Assembly (NCBI RefSeq): GCF_000446015.1
Contig: NC_022093.1
Span: forward strand, 900,001-932,000
Direction: 5' to 3'
DNA length: 32,000 bases
Origin: Thermofilum adornatum
Lineage (GTDB): Archaea; Thermoproteota; Thermoprotei; Thermofilales; Thermofilaceae
A program made the translations under genes and the position numbers. The notes beneath the pieces were generated by a model, which saw nothing but the letters and a program-made list of their open reading frames with translations, had not been told where the DNA came from and ran no database searches. The stretch's first letter is position 1. The number at the start of each line of letters is the position of its first letter. This document shows positions 31,896 to 32,000 of this stretch, one piece after another.

Positions 31896-32000
31896 CTAGC
31901 CTGCATACACAGTGTAGGCTAATAAGATTGTTGAAAATAGTACGAACAAATCTAAGGGGGTAGGTCTCCAGTGCAGGACATTATTCCCCTTTGTTGTAGC
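31896..32000 (-). CDS. 3' end of an upstream membrane-protein gene, possibly the ECF T component (CbiQ/EcfT); truncated by the window
   Basis: My translation of the minus strand gives ...ATTKGNNVLHWRPTPLDLFVLFSTILLAYTVYAG* with the stop at 31896-31898. That stop is 9 nt before the ATPase ATG, and a GGAG lies in between. The identification rests on position only. Confidence 0.35.
   Translation of the reverse strand, partial: ATTKGNNVLHWRPTPLDLFVLFSTILLAYTVYAG

Noticed and set aside
1-32000. Scan for tRNA, rRNA, CRISPR arrays, IS elements or transposases, integrases, toxin-antitoxin pairs and known defence genes.
   Set aside because: No GC-rich cloverleaf-like segments or T-loop consensus occur in any spacer. 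The largest spacer is 210 nt and AT-rich. There are no regularly spaced direct repeats, no terminal inverted repeats flanking a gene, and no ORF with transposase, integrase or defence-type motifs.

Overview
This is a gene-dense archaeal chromosome segment with 34 CDS called on both strands. Only about 1.4-1.5 kb is intergenic under my calls. Spacers are short and AT-rich with TATA-like boxes. Same-strand genes often overlap by 1-28 nt, several internal starts have Shine-Dalgarno-like GAGGTG/GGTGAT motifs, and about 10 starts are GTG or TTG. The gene content points to a hyperthermophilic archaeon, probably a crenarchaeote of the Desulfurococcales type. That taxonomic call is inference only, from archaeal-type full-length ThrRS with N-terminal editing domain, ATP-dependent DNA ligase, ApgM, pantoate kinase, an AbrB-PhoU regulator, NFACT, Mut7-C, AMMECR1 and K/E/I/V-rich proteins. 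Recognisable blocks, in order: (1) NFACT, a CBS-like protein, Mut7-C nuclease and AMMECR1; (2) a proline-rich protein and DNA ligase; (3) a PfkB kinase; (4) a Cys-rich small protein, thrS and a radical SAM gene; (5) a ParB/Srx-like protein and AbrB-PhoU; (6) guaB-like, amidohydrolase and guaA; (7) a membrane protein and pantoate kinase; (8) acylphosphatase, moeA and moeA-PBP; (9) pstSCAB; (10) a DUF998-like protein and a wHTH regulator; (11) apgM; (12) nadE; (13) an MFS gene, an ECF-type ATPase and a partial T component. I found no rRNA, tRNA, CRISPR array, transposase, integrase or recognisable defence genes. The window looks like core housekeeping sequence, not an accessory island, and I cannot point to a clearly novel system. 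The most interesting leads are hypotheses from gene linkage. First, the translationally coupled NFACT/CBS-like/Mut7-C/AMMECR1 operon may be an archaeal ribosome or RNA quality-control module. Second, a polytopic ECF-S-like membrane protein whose stop codon overlaps the pantoate kinase start (ATGA) may be a pantoate uptake component. Third, an amidohydrolase is embedded between a CBS-less IMPDH-like gene and guaA. Fourth, an unusual P/E/Q-rich, probably disordered protein carries a thioredoxin-like N-domain and a C-terminal 4-Cys motif. Fifth, there are palindromic candidate operators around the pst operon, which lacks a linked phoU. All family assignments come from motifs read by eye and need HMM or BLAST confirmation.
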